In this document: positions 1 through 9,548 of the stretch, one piece after another
Numbering within the stretch: position 1 is the stretch's first letter
Layout: each line of letters opens with the position of its first letter
Source of the DNA: Cyanophora paradoxa CCMP329
Taxonomy: Eukaryota; Plantae; Glaucophyta
Length of the DNA stretch: 64,000 bases
Direction: 5' to 3'
Assembly (NCBI GenBank): GCA_004431415.1
Contig: QPMI01000437.1
Location: forward strand, 346,245 to 410,244
Notes under the pieces: generated by a model
Database searches by the model: none
What the model was told of the DNA's origin: nothing
Seen by the model: only the letters and a program-made list of their open reading frames with translations
Position numbers and translations under genes: made by a program

Positions 1-2298
1 ATAGGCTCTTTTGATATTGTGATAATTCGGCATATTCTACTATTTTCTTGTTAATAATTAGGGGGAAATCACTGTGGTCTAGATATAGCCTAATTGGGTA
101 ATCCAGATCAACTTCCAGGAAACTGGATCTGTTATCTTGTGGGTTGAATTCGGTCTCCCATCTAAAATCACCAACTGGAATTGGCTGACTCAAACAGTAG
201 CCATACAAGTTGTTAGCATCAAACAGCATTATATGGGAGTTCTCACCATCAGCCTCAGCATACCTACAAGGCATTGTTGCAAAGCCACCCCTGATTCCCC
301 TCTCAACAAATTCGTATTGCTCTACATCACTTATAAGCTCTATTTTTGCCTTGGTGGTCCTAAGCATAGCATCCCAAGATAACCCAGGTGCAGATACATA
401 ATGAACTGGGTCCAATCCATATACTGAGTGTGAAAGCCTTCTGAAAGCCTGGAATTTGCTCATTAACTCATCTACATCAGCAGCCCCAAAGTCCATAAAA
501 TTACTTGCATCAATGAACTTGTAAAGACCCCATTGCAATGAAAGGTATTGATCAAAGTTTTTCGAAAGGATTTCGATTCGCTTTTTATCACCCATGCCTG
601 CTATTTTTCTGAAAATGAATGTCCCACAGTCATCCATTTGGTCAACAACCACTGCTACTTTTGTTTGCTTTGAGATTCTCCTATGAAGATTGCAGTTTCT
701 GCATGCAGGAGCAATGTAATTACCTGTGTGGTGATCATGATCCCTGCATTTGAAGTTTTCCTTGGTGAACCTCTCACTGCAAAGGTAACAGTGTTTGGTA
801 GCTCTGTAAATTGCTTTCTGCTCATCTGTGAGTTCATTCATGGGAATATTGGTAAACAGGAAGTCAATTAGCTCTCTTGCTTTGGATTCCAAGCATTCAA
901 ACAGACCTCCCATTGGATCCTGACCCTCAAATCGAAAATCTTGAACATCTTCCCCAGTGACTATTCTTATGTTGACTGCTGAGACTTCCCTCTTGGATTT
1001 CGATGCATCTATGGGGATGCTTCTATGTTCAATCTTGCAGTAAACCACAACAGGAAGCCAAACAGTTTTCCTTAGGTTTTTCAGTCCAAACTCTATGGTG
1101 GTCTCAGGTTTTGGTGTGATTCCCTTTGAGAGTCTCCAATCAATGCATCTATTTGAATCCACATGAGCAGTTAGTTTAGCCTCAGACCTGAATCGAGATA
1201 AGCATGTATCACAGTAGTGTAACTTTTGATCCTTGGTTTTATCAAGGGCAACTCTGAGAAGTCTTGAAAGGGACATGATTGTAATATAGTGACCATTCCC
1301 TTCATCATCATGAATGAGCATGAGATTAATCTTTTGCTTTCTGCCTGGGTTGCTGGATTGATGTAGGGGATATATAACATCTCGATCCATTCCAAATATG
1401 TTTATGCTGATGCCTGCATTTTGAGATTCGAATTTATCAATGATTTCAGCATCACAGGGAACAGGGAATGGGATGTTATCGAAATTGAGAGCCAGAGGAT
1501 TGTATGTAGTTGGTGAGTATTTCCATTTGCGATATTGTGTTAGCTCACTTCTCTTGTGGAATTCACATCTTTCCTATGGATCCATGCCAAAACTGCATTT
1601 TCGAAGCAAGAATCATCAATATTTCGAATATTCACTGTGGCTCTCTTGGCTGCAATTGAATCAGGTGTTTTAACATAGCAACCACCAGTTGGGGCATAAC
1701 TCATAATAGCAACTCTGAGCATTTCGATTCTCTCCAATCGATAGCTATCAACAACATTCATCTGCTCCTGACACATTTGGGCTGCTTTATTCAGCTCAGT
1801 TCGAATATTTCTCGATTTGGTTAATACAAAATAATCGCTGTAAATGTATTTCGATATCCAAACCTGTGGATTGCTGACTTTTACGAACTTGCAGATAAAC
1901 GATAAGCGAACTTTGATTGCCCTGAATTGATCTAGACTGTCTCTTAAACGTTTTGGTAGAGAGGTTGCAATTCTATCTAAATATTCAATCACATCAACAA
2001 CAACTTCCCTTCTGGCTCTGTAAGTGAGCCAGCGATATAATTCATTCATTGCTGTACCATCTTCTGCCTCTGGTTCTATTTGCCTCAGGCGATCGAGTTC
2101 ATCAAGAGTTTCAACTTTATCATAGAGGTTATTGGCTTTTCTGGTTAATTTCGCTAAAGTGGGTCTGCCCCTTGAAATAAATCCGATTTCCCGGTCATAT
2201 TCAGCCTCTGTAATTTCATGGGCTGCATACAGTGTTCCCAGTAATCCCATGAGTTCCCATTTCTTCTCTCTAATGAGTCTGTTGCTAATTCGGGGCAT
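1..2298 (-). pseudogene. Protein-primed DNA polymerase B (Maverick/Polinton type with EndoVII-like insert), several frameshifts, truncated by window edge
   Basis: ORF 1540-2298 ends YAPTGGCYVKTP..VNIRNIDDSCF. Shifted frames continue LNFDNIPFP..DKFESQNAGISINIFG, EGNGHYI (~1285-1305, vOTU-like His), DHDHHTGNYIAPACRNCN (~690-745), FIDASNF, YGLDPVHYVSAPGLSWDAML (~362-422) and LFDANNLYGY (~197-227). Confidence 0.88.
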
Positions 2299-2332
2299 AG
2301 TTCCTAACTTGTTCCTACTCTCAACAAATATT

Positions 2333-2650
2333 TTATTCTGAGATGTTCTGAACGCGATTTTCTAGTTTCTTTCGCAATTTGGCTTTGTAATGCATTGGAT
2401 TATGTGATCCATTTTTTGTCCATACATTTGGGTTTTTGTGATACTGTTTAAGGGCGTTAATTAAGTTTTTCTCTGTTTGTAATCGCAAACAATCAATATC
2501 TTTGGAGGAAAGCTGTGACATTTGATACCCATCACATTTGCTTTGGCATTTGATGATTTTGTCTATAAGAGCTGGTATATCCTTCAAATCATCTTTATCG
2601 AAATGTTTGTTCTCAATCATTGAACTCATTCTGGTAGTCCAGCTTGTCAT
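2333..2650 (-). CDS. Hypothetical protein (105 aa)
   Basis: Clean ATG ORF between pPolB and primase-helicase; no motif recognised. Confidence 0.55.
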   Translation of the reverse strand: MTSWTTRMSSMIENKHFDKDDLKDIPALIDKIIKCQSKCDGYQMSQLSSKDIDCLRLQTEKNLINALKQYHKNPNVWTKNGSHNPMHYKAKLRKKLENRVQNISE

Positions 2651-2705
2651 TGTTGGTACTACTACTTATTATTATAAGAATATTATAATGTATTTGTTTT
2701 AAATC

Positions 2706-2847
2706 GTCAGGCAGACTTCGATTGTCAGGCAGCTGATTCAGCCAACATTAAGAAACTCTGTCACTTTTTCAAGTCAGTGTTTGAGAAAACTAATGAAACC
2801 ATAAACTTATAAAAGTTAAATAGAAAGGTGCCTGACAGTGCCTGACA
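2706..2847. repeat. TGTCAGGCA iteron-like module, copy A (inverted relative to B and C)
   Basis: GTCAGGCA 2706, TGTCAGGCA 2723, TGCCTGACA 2829 and 2839. Confidence 0.85.
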
Positions 2848-2852
2848 GCTTT

Positions 2853-5246
2853 TTAACAATCATCATCATCCTCATCAATAAACTCTGTTGTATTTTCCGA
2901 AATCAGTTTTACACACTTGTAACCTCTATCATATACTTTTGAAGTTGCCTTTCTCACTGCATATTTGTCATATTTGGCTCCCAACATCTCCATTACTCTC
3001 TTAACCCTGCTTGCAGACATATTGAGTTTCAAAGCTTTTAACTCCTCATCTACAGTTTTGCTTGACAGAGAATCAGAAGGATTTCCTGTAAATTCAAATC
3101 TGCTTTTTAGTATTTGAATTTCATCACCTGCATCCTCTCTGAAAGCAGCAGTATCATTTGCCACCTTGCCACATATCTGGACTTTGTGGGATTTGTATGC
3201 TTGGAATACTGACCATTGGAAAGCATGAATGATTTCAGGGCGTTTAAGCAGATCACTTTTAATATCTTCAGAAGCCAATCTATAGCATGGGAGCTTCATT
3301 TCATCCATTGTTTTCTGATCCACAAACTTGTGGGGATGCTGAAAGAAAACAAGAGTCTCAAGTGTATCAGATGGAGAAACAGGGGGCATATCATTCATGA
3401 TCATCCAGAGCCTACTTTGGAGTCTTATATTTTGCTCATTTCCATATAGGATTCGAATGCATTGAATATCACCACCAGATTCTTTCTTTTTAATCATATT
3501 GCCATTTATCTTGATACTTGGATTCGAAACATCAAACTTCATCTCTTGGGTAAATGTTAAACGGCGAAATTCACATGGTTTCATCCATTTTAGCTTTTTA
3601 GCCTCATCAGAATCTGAATGTTTGTCCATCAGGAAAGATTCTCCTCCAATAGTGTTTACATAACCACTCCCCCAAGTGTTCTCATTAAGATTGACATAAA
3701 CTCCTTTTCCACAATTGCGCTCACCTGATGATAGTCCCCATTGTTTATCCTCTACTTTGCCTGCCATTGCTCTTGCTGTAAATTCGAGAGCAGTATTAAT
3801 TGCATCTGCTCCAAACACAGGTTCAAGTATGTTTTCGTAGAGGATTTTTATATGCTCTTCTGACGGCTTGACTACATATCCTTGATCATCTACAAGTAAA
3901 TCTCTTTCAATTCGAGTAGTGGAATATACGTTTTGACACTCTGCCCAAGGAGTAAGCTTTTTGGTTTCGAAATCATACACACCATTTTTATAACACAATT
4001 TTCCAAGAGATGAAGACCATAGGACATTATTCACAAACTCACTATCATTTGGCAGAAGAGCTTTTGTGGCTTTGATAACTTTTTGAGCGCCTGTTATATT
4101 TGCGGTATACTCTGTTAGACCTGTTAGACCCTCATGATATATCTTTGCTTGGAGGCATTTTTTTAGGAACACATTTTCCACTTGATTGGCTTCCTCAGTC
4201 CAAAGGTTCTCATCTGTTTTGACAAATATACGACCATTGGATTGCTTGACATCATTTTTGATATCTTCAGCAAACAGAGTAGCAGCCTCATAGTCTGTAG
4301 AGCAAATTCGAAAATCGTTTGCTTTCAGAGAAGCTTCATCTGGAAGCTCGAAACCCTGATCCATAGGCTTAACAACTAAGCCTAATTTGTATCCTGTGGA
4401 CTGCTGGATATAGTTCTCTGCATCTTTGAGAATATCAGTAAGTTTTTCCAGTGATAGATTAGGTGACTTTTCAATCATGCAGCCATCAAATACAAGAACA
4501 CCAACAGTGAGTTTGATGGAGGTTAGATACTCACACAGAGCCATAAGAGCAATATTCTCAATCTGACAAAGAACCATGTTAACAGTAGAACCTAACACAT
4601 TGTAGCCCTTCTTTCGCTTGCAAATAGCAAGGAAGTTGGTATTTTCTTTTAATTCAGCAATAGAAGCATGAATACCACCAATTTCTTGTTTAACCTTTTT
4701 AAAAGCCATTTCTTTGTGTAAATCGGGACACTCAATGCCTCCTCCTCCGTTAATCACAGATAAGAAGGCGCACTTAATTTCTTCACGAGTAAGATCACAC
4801 TTTTTGCTTAAATCACTAACGATTTTATCTCGATTGGCAACAAACTCAGCAAGGAAATCACAGTTTATGTCATTTTTTTGGCAATACTGGACGAGTATCG
4901 ATGGATGAGCATTTTTCATATCAATATCATAATACAAATCCCTTGCTAAGGTGTGTCTAAATTCCCGAGGCATACTCTGCATGCTTGCTTTTTTGTTTTT
5001 GATGTGTGAGAGAGTAGTGAAATATCTTCCAGTATGGTGTTTGCATTGATAGTATTTAACTTGAATGGTCCCATTTGAATGCAAGTCCTTCATATATTTC
5101 TTGAGGAGAGTCAAAGTAGCAGTAGAATCCACATCTGGTCTATAACTCAAACCCTCGAAATTATCGATTAAATACTTAAGAGTAGGGCGAGATACTTTTT
5201 CAATAAGAGTGATATCGAGATTGTTGGGTTTCTTTGAGCTAAACAT
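2853..5246 (-). CDS. TVpol (PolA-like primase-polymerase) fused to D5-like SF3 helicase
   Basis: GRY, YYDIDMKNAHPSIL (motif A-like), IKCAFLSVINGG (motif B-like), VLVFDGCMI (motif C-like); D5_N-like LCYKNGVYDF; Walker A GERNCGKG; ESGGDIQCIRILY. Confidence 0.85.
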   Translation of the reverse strand: MFSSKKPNNLDITLIEKVSRPTLKYLIDNFEGLSYRPDVDSTATLTLLKKYMKDLHSNGTIQVKYYQCKHHTGRYFTTLSHIKNKKASMQSMPREFRHTLARDLYYDIDMKNAHPSILVQYCQKNDINCDFLAEFVANRDKIVSDLSKKCDLTREEIKCAFLSVINGGGGIECPDLHKEMAFKKVKQEIGGIHASIAELKENTNFLAICKRKKGYNVLGSTVNMVLCQIENIALMALCEYLTSIKLTVGVLVFDGCMIEKSPNLSLEKLTDILKDAENYIQQSTGYKLGLVVKPMDQGFELPDEASLKANDFRICSTDYEAATLFAEDIKNDVKQSNGRIFVKTDENLWTEEANQVENVFLKKCLQAKIYHEGLTGLTEYTANITGAQKVIKATKALLPNDSEFVNNVLWSSSLGKLCYKNGVYDFETKKLTPWAECQNVYSTTRIERDLLVDDQGYVVKPSEEHIKILYENILEPVFGADAINTALEFTARAMAGKVEDKQWGLSSGERNCGKGVYVNLNENTWGSGYVNTIGGESFLMDKHSDSDEAKKLKWMKPCEFRRLTFTQEMKFDVSNPSIKINGNMIKKKESGGDIQCIRILYGNEQNIRLQSRLWMIMNDMPPVSPSDTLETLVFFQHPHKFVDQKTMDEMKLPCYRLASEDIKSDLLKRPEIIHAFQWSVFQAYKSHKVQICGKVANDTAAFREDAGDEIQILKSRFEFTGNPSDSLSSKTVDEELKALKLNMSASRVKRVMEMLGAKYDKYAVRKATSKVYDRGYKCVKLISENTTEFIDEDDDDC

Positions 5247-5420
5247 TTTTCTTGAACGTTTCTATATTAAGCAGATAAAATATTTTATCTGAAAATCCTT
5301 GTCATTTTTTGTTGCCAAACCTTTAAGTCCTTTTGGGTTGGCTTCGAATTATATCGATTATTGGTAGTAGTGTATCAGTTTTTTTATGAATTCCCCATAC
5401 AAAAATAATGAACCGGCATT

Positions 5421-5651
5421 TCAGTATTTCCGAGGACGACCTACAGGTCGACCTTCTGGGAAATTTGGGTCAATTGTGAGTTGCTTTTTATAGTAGTAAT
5501 AGGCTAATGCCCTTTTGCGGCGAATTTCACGATATTCCTCATCCTCTTCATATCTTTTATTATAATAAATTTGGTTTGAGATCTTTTTCTTCATTGCAGA
5601 AGAGATCTTTTCAAAACTTTTGCTATCAGTTACAGTTTGATCAGTATCCAT
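5421..5651 (-). CDS. Small basic protein with C-terminal AT-hook-like GRPRKY
   Basis: KRYEEDEEYREIRRKRALAYYY...GRPVGRPRKY; paralogous to 6416-6661 and 37029-37304. Confidence 0.7.
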   Translation of the reverse strand: MDTDQTVTDSKSFEKISSAMKKKISNQIYYNKRYEEDEEYREIRRKRALAYYYYKKQLTIDPNFPEGRPVGRPRKY

Positions 5652-5782
5652 TTGGGTATCTCTTAACTATAACCGAGAAAAATGTTTTGTCAGATTTCAA
5701 TATGCTTGATTTCCTTAAGTAGTTTATGATTCGTCATTTTTTGGTAACAGAGATAATTCCTATACTGTTACCATAAATGGTT

Positions 5783-5965
5783 TGTCAGGCACTTTCAAAT
5801 AGTTGTCAGGCACTAATATAGTATGTCAGGCATTGTCAGGCACCTTTTTAGAAAACTTTTCTATAATGAAAATTTCATTGTTGATTCAAACAATGACATT
5901 GAGAATTGGAAACGTTTGTGAAAATCAATGTGTTTCCTGCCTGACAAACTTCTTGCTGCCTGACA
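5783..5965. repeat. TGTCAGGCA iteron-like module, copy B
   Basis: TGTCAGGCA at 5783, 5804, 5824, 5834; inverse TGCCTGACA at 5938, 5957; AT-rich spacer between. Confidence 0.9.
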
Positions 5966-6038
5966 ACCTTTCATCAACAAAAAATGATTGTGTAAACTGA
6001 CTTAAAGATTTATCAGATATATTAATAAGAAAACAACA

Positions 6039-6338
6039 ATGGCTGCTCAAATTGCCAAAGGAATTCTTGCCGAAAAGATTGAAAAAGATACCCTCTGGAA
6101 AGATCATAAAGGATTAGTTGATGCTATTGTAGAGAGTAGTCTCCACTCAACAGGAATAAATATTGGTCAGGCTGATAATAAGCGAAACAAGGAATTTCGA
6201 CAGAAAGTAGAGAGAGATGTATTGGGCATGATAATAGACCCAAACTACCTCTCTTCAATTAACAAAAAAAATCATTCAAACACTGCCACAAGAAAACGAC
6301 TCTTTAACAAATTAATGAGTCGTTCTACTTCATCTTAA
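6039..6338 (+). CDS. Hypothetical protein (99 aa)
   Basis: ATG ORF with A-rich leader like neighbouring viral genes. Confidence 0.6.
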   Translation: MAAQIAKGILAEKIEKDTLWKDHKGLVDAIVESSLHSTGINIGQADNKRNKEFRQKVERDVLGMIIDPNYLSSINKKNHSNTATRKRLFNKLMSRSTSS

Positions 6339-6415
6339 ACAATAAAGCCAATTCCTTTGTATATATTTTTATAGCTGCCTCAGTAGCATACTGAGACCGC
6401 TTTTTCTCAATTATC

Positions 6416-6661
6416 TTATAGACCTGGGGGTCCATTGCTACTTTCAGTTGGCAAATAATATTTAATCGGTCTTCCTCTGGGTCTCTGCTCTTCTTTTTGG
6501 GCTTTTCTGCGATAATAGGATGCCAGGGCTTGCTGCTTTTTATACTCTCTATATGCTGGGTCCTCTCTATATCGTTTCTGCATTGCTAGAATGTGTCTTA
6601 TAGAACCCTCAGTAACAGGTTCATCACTGGTAAACTCGATTAAACTAATAGTATCCTCCAT
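6416..6661 (-). CDS. Small basic protein with AT-hook-like RPRGRP
   Basis: KRYREDPAYREYKKQQALASYYRRK...RPRGRPIKY. Confidence 0.7.
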   Translation of the reverse strand: MEDTISLIEFTSDEPVTEGSIRHILAMQKRYREDPAYREYKKQQALASYYRRKAQKEEQRPRGRPIKYYLPTESSNGPPGL

Positions 6662-6917
6662 TTATATTCCCAGAGAAAACGTTTTCTGCTGGCAGAGAAC
6701 TTCTCCTTGGATACTCCTGTTGCTCATCTGTATACTCTGTGGGGTCTGCTGGCATTGACTCCACAGAAACTGTAGACCTCCTTCTCTCTCTTGCTTCTGA
6801 GGCATTATCCTCATTATCTGACATCTCAAACTCCACTGTTGTCTCACAACATCCACTGTGGCAATTGCTCACCACATGCAGACTGAACATCTCGAAGAAC
6901 TTTCGTATTATGTCCAT
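6645..6917 (-). CDS. Small protein with conserved Cys-rich N-terminus
   Basis: MDIIRKFFEMFSLHVVSNCHSGCCETT matches MDLLRKCMEMFHLNVTSKLKCSCCETT of 52986-53330. Confidence 0.75.
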   Translation of the reverse strand: MDIIRKFFEMFSLHVVSNCHSGCCETTVEFEMSDNEDNASEARERRRSTVSVESMPADPTEYTDEQQEYPRRSSLPAENVFSGNINGGYY

Positions 6918-6939
6918 ATCTCTAATAAAACAGAGATAA

Positions 6940-7674
6940 TTAAAGCCAAACTCGTCTTTTATATACTGTTGGGGCTACTCCCTTTTCTACTTCAGCTTTG
7001 GTGGCACCAGGTTCAATAGTTCCCTTTTGGGTCTTTGTTTTCATTTCATCTACTGCCTGCTCATCGATTTGGGTCTCTTTCTTAGCAATAAACTGTTTAT
7101 CTGGGACACCAGTAATACCCATTTTATAAACTTCCTTTCGAAGCATCTCCTTTAGCTTAGCTCTCTCTTTCTTCTCAGTAACATACTGCTCCAAGGCACT
7201 GGATTTGGCTTCCAAGTCTTTGAGTTTAGCAGTCATCTCATCCCATTGAGCCTTGGGAATTCGATGAATATTTTGAGTGGGAGCAGTCTTATATGTGACT
7301 TCACCAGCCATAGACTGGATTACCTTGTCTGATTCCTTACTAAGACCTTCACCTTTGCGAGCCAATGACAGATCTTGCAAGCCTAAACCTTTATCATCAG
7401 CAGCACCAATAATTCGCCTGGCACCCTCAGCAACAGCTTTCATTTTCGAAGCTTCAGGTGAGATGTTGAGTTGGTCACTGGTTGAAGCTTGTGGGGCTTT
7501 GTCATCGACTGATTCCTCATAGGCAGCATTAAGAGGGTCCTCTTCTTGCTGTGAGGGCTTTACCTCATTCATACCATTGAACTTCAGTGGATCTGTGTTA
7601 ATGGATCCATTGTTTCCACCACCTGAATAGCCAACAGCCCCAGCTGGAATCCCTATCTTTCGTTTGGGAGGCAT
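6940..7674 (-). CDS. Conserved hypothetical coiled-coil protein downstream of ATPase
   Basis: KLKDLEAKSSALEQYVTEKKERAKLKEMLRKE shared with 38251-38889; same position relative to the ATPase. Confidence 0.8.
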   Translation of the reverse strand: MPPKRKIGIPAGAVGYSGGGNNGSINTDPLKFNGMNEVKPSQQEEDPLNAAYEESVDDKAPQASTSDQLNISPEASKMKAVAEGARRIIGAADDKGLGLQDLSLARKGEGLSKESDKVIQSMAGEVTYKTAPTQNIHRIPKAQWDEMTAKLKDLEAKSSALEQYVTEKKERAKLKEMLRKEVYKMGITGVPDKQFIAKKETQIDEQAVDEMKTKTQKGTIEPGATKAEVEKGVAPTVYKRRVWL

Positions 7675-7702
7675 TGTATCTTTATTAGAATGAGAGATAA
7701 TT

Positions 7703-8485
7703 TTATAAACCGCGTTTATATCGCATCAATTTATTGCTATGGACTTGGCTTTTCACTTCTTTGGGGGCTTCCTCTTTTTCTGGTGGTTTCAGTTCATCCT
7801 CTTTCTTTTTTGGCTTCCTGTGGAAGCGAGGAAATGGGAAATCTTTCACAAGCTCAGCTTTATCTACATAGTATTTAACTGAGTAGTTTGCAGAGGACCA
7901 AATGATATATTGATAGGAGTGAACATACTCTTCAAACATCTTGTAGAAATCCTCTTTATTTCGCATTATATTGTATTCTTCCTCTATGGCTTCAAGTTCT
8001 TTGCGATTAGCAGCACTGAGAAAAATAGCATAGTCAGAATTAACTCGAATAGTCGACGAGACTTTCCTTAGCTTTTGTGTGATGCAGATAATGGATATTT
8101 TCGAATGGCGACCTCTGGAATACAGAGATCCGATTATTTTATCCCTTGTGAGATCGACTATCTCATTATCGATTAAATCATCTAAAACAACACACATGTG
8201 GTTGACAGGTACACCCTTTTCGATTTTCTCCTGCCTTTCATCCAAAAGCTTTGAAATGTAACCGGCATCCCATTTACCAAGTTCTACTGTTGCAACCTCT
8301 CTCCAGAAATGATTGAAGCTGGTTCCACTCACAACTAATACAACATCAATCTTTTTGGCATCATGCAGTTGCTTCAACCAATACTTTACAGCTTCTGATT
8401 TACCAGTGGCAGACTTGCCAATTGCTAATACACGAAATGGTGGTTCTATCATTTCACCAGCCACAAATTCATCCAAATCATTCAT
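7703..8485 (-). CDS. A32-like (FtsK/HerA family) genome packaging ATPase
   Basis: Walker A IGKSATGKS, Walker B CVVLDDL, SRGRHSKISIICITQ, IRVNSDY. Confidence 0.93.
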   Translation of the reverse strand: MNDLDEFVAGEMIEPPFRVLAIGKSATGKSEAVKYWLKQLHDAKKIDVVLVVSGTSFNHFWREVATVELGKWDAGYISKLLDERQEKIEKGVPVNHMCVVLDDLIDNEIVDLTRDKIIGSLYSRGRHSKISIICITQKLRKVSSTIRVNSDYAIFLSAANRKELEAIEEEYNIMRNKEDFYKMFEEYVHSYQYIIWSSANYSVKYYVDKAELVKDFPFPRFHRKPKKKEDELKPPEKEEAPKEVKSQVHSNKLMRYKRGL

Positions 8486-8545
8486 TGTTGTATATCTTTC
8501 TAAATAAAGACAGATAAAAATAATGAAATGTTACTGCTTATGGTT

Positions 8546-9475
8546 TTACAGGTTAGATAGGAATCGTTTAATACAACCCTCAATATCTGTTTCGGTATAT
8601 GGGATTCTTAGGAGTTTGATGTTATTAGCCTCACAGTACCGATTTTTAATTCCATCACGAACTTGGGTATCTTCAAATGCCTTCTGACCTCCAAACTGTT
8701 CCACAGGTTTGAAATGCTGAACACCATCATATTCGATAGCGATTTTGAGAGATGGAATATAAATATCAAATGGGAGAACTCTTTTATGCTTGCAATCAGG
8801 AAATCTGTGGGATATTGAGAAGTCCAAACCAATTTCTTTAAGGGCTGCTTGCACTTTCGTCTCACCAATCGATGATCTACATGACAAACAGCCATAACCA
8901 TTGAGAAAATCACTTGGCGTTTTTTCGAATTCCATCTCGCACCTTTTGCATATTAACTTGACCTTGGTTTTTGAATTGAAATACTCAACCTTTGAGAAAT
9001 CATAGATATCACCATAAAGTTTAATTGCTCTTTCTGTAAACTTTTCAATCCCCATTTGCAACTTGTTTTTAATGCGATCCATTTTACATTTTGCATGTCC
9101 ATCTCCTTGCATGTGTTTGTGTGGTTTTTGAGTGAAATACTCTTGACATTTCTTGCAGAAAATTGTTATTGGGTCTTCTCCCTTAATGTAAACAGATTCT
9201 GAATATTCATAAAGATCTCCATGCTTTTCAACCGCTCTTTTAACGAACTGTTCAGTTGTTAGTCTATTCGACATTCCCTTTTTAATATTCCCACAAGCTG
9301 GGCAACCAGTCCCAGCAATGTGACTATATGCAGCTTGCAAAAAAATATTGTTGCAAGTCCTGCAAATAATTGCGACTTTCTTTGTGATGCCCCCAAAGTC
9401 GACATTTGAGTAATCAAACTTATCACCATGAACTTTGATGGCTTTTGCAAGAAATGACTCACGAGAATAAGACAT
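8546..9475 (-). CDS. Zn-ribbon repeat (DUF723-like) plus Vsr/PD-(D/E)xK-like endonuclease, homing-endonuclease-like
   Basis: Three repeats of HGDKFDYSxV..K.xIxCxxC..F.Q.xxxH..GxGC, then LPFDIYIPSLKIAIEYDGVQHF and RDGIKNRYC..IKLLRIPY. Confidence 0.85.
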   Translation of the reverse strand: MSYSRESFLAKAIKVHGDKFDYSNVDFGGITKKVAIICRTCNNIFLQAAYSHIAGTGCPACGNIKKGMSNRLTTEQFVKRAVEKHGDLYEYSESVYIKGEDPITIFCKKCQEYFTQKPHKHMQGDGHAKCKMDRIKNKLQMGIEKFTERAIKLYGDIYDFSKVEYFNSKTKVKLICKRCEMEFEKTPSDFLNGYGCLSCRSSIGETKVQAALKEIGLDFSISHRFPDCKHKRVLPFDIYIPSLKIAIEYDGVQHFKPVEQFGGQKAFEDTQVRDGIKNRYCEANNIKLLRIPYTETDIEGCIKRFLSNL

Positions 9476-9548
9476 TTTACTTTATAAAGGTTTCCAAAAA
9501 TAAATAATCATTTTTTCTTTAAATGCCTTACTGTTTATCGTAAGGTTA

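Noticed and set aside
1500-1560. Alternative genetic code or stop readthrough to explain broken ORFs
   Set aside because: Homology resumes in a different frame (SELTQYRKW), so these are indels; long ORFs use standard stops.
5783-5965. CRISPR-like array in the TGTCAGGCA repeats
   Set aside because: Repeats are 9 bp with 1-12-bp gaps and occur in both orientations; no cas genes.
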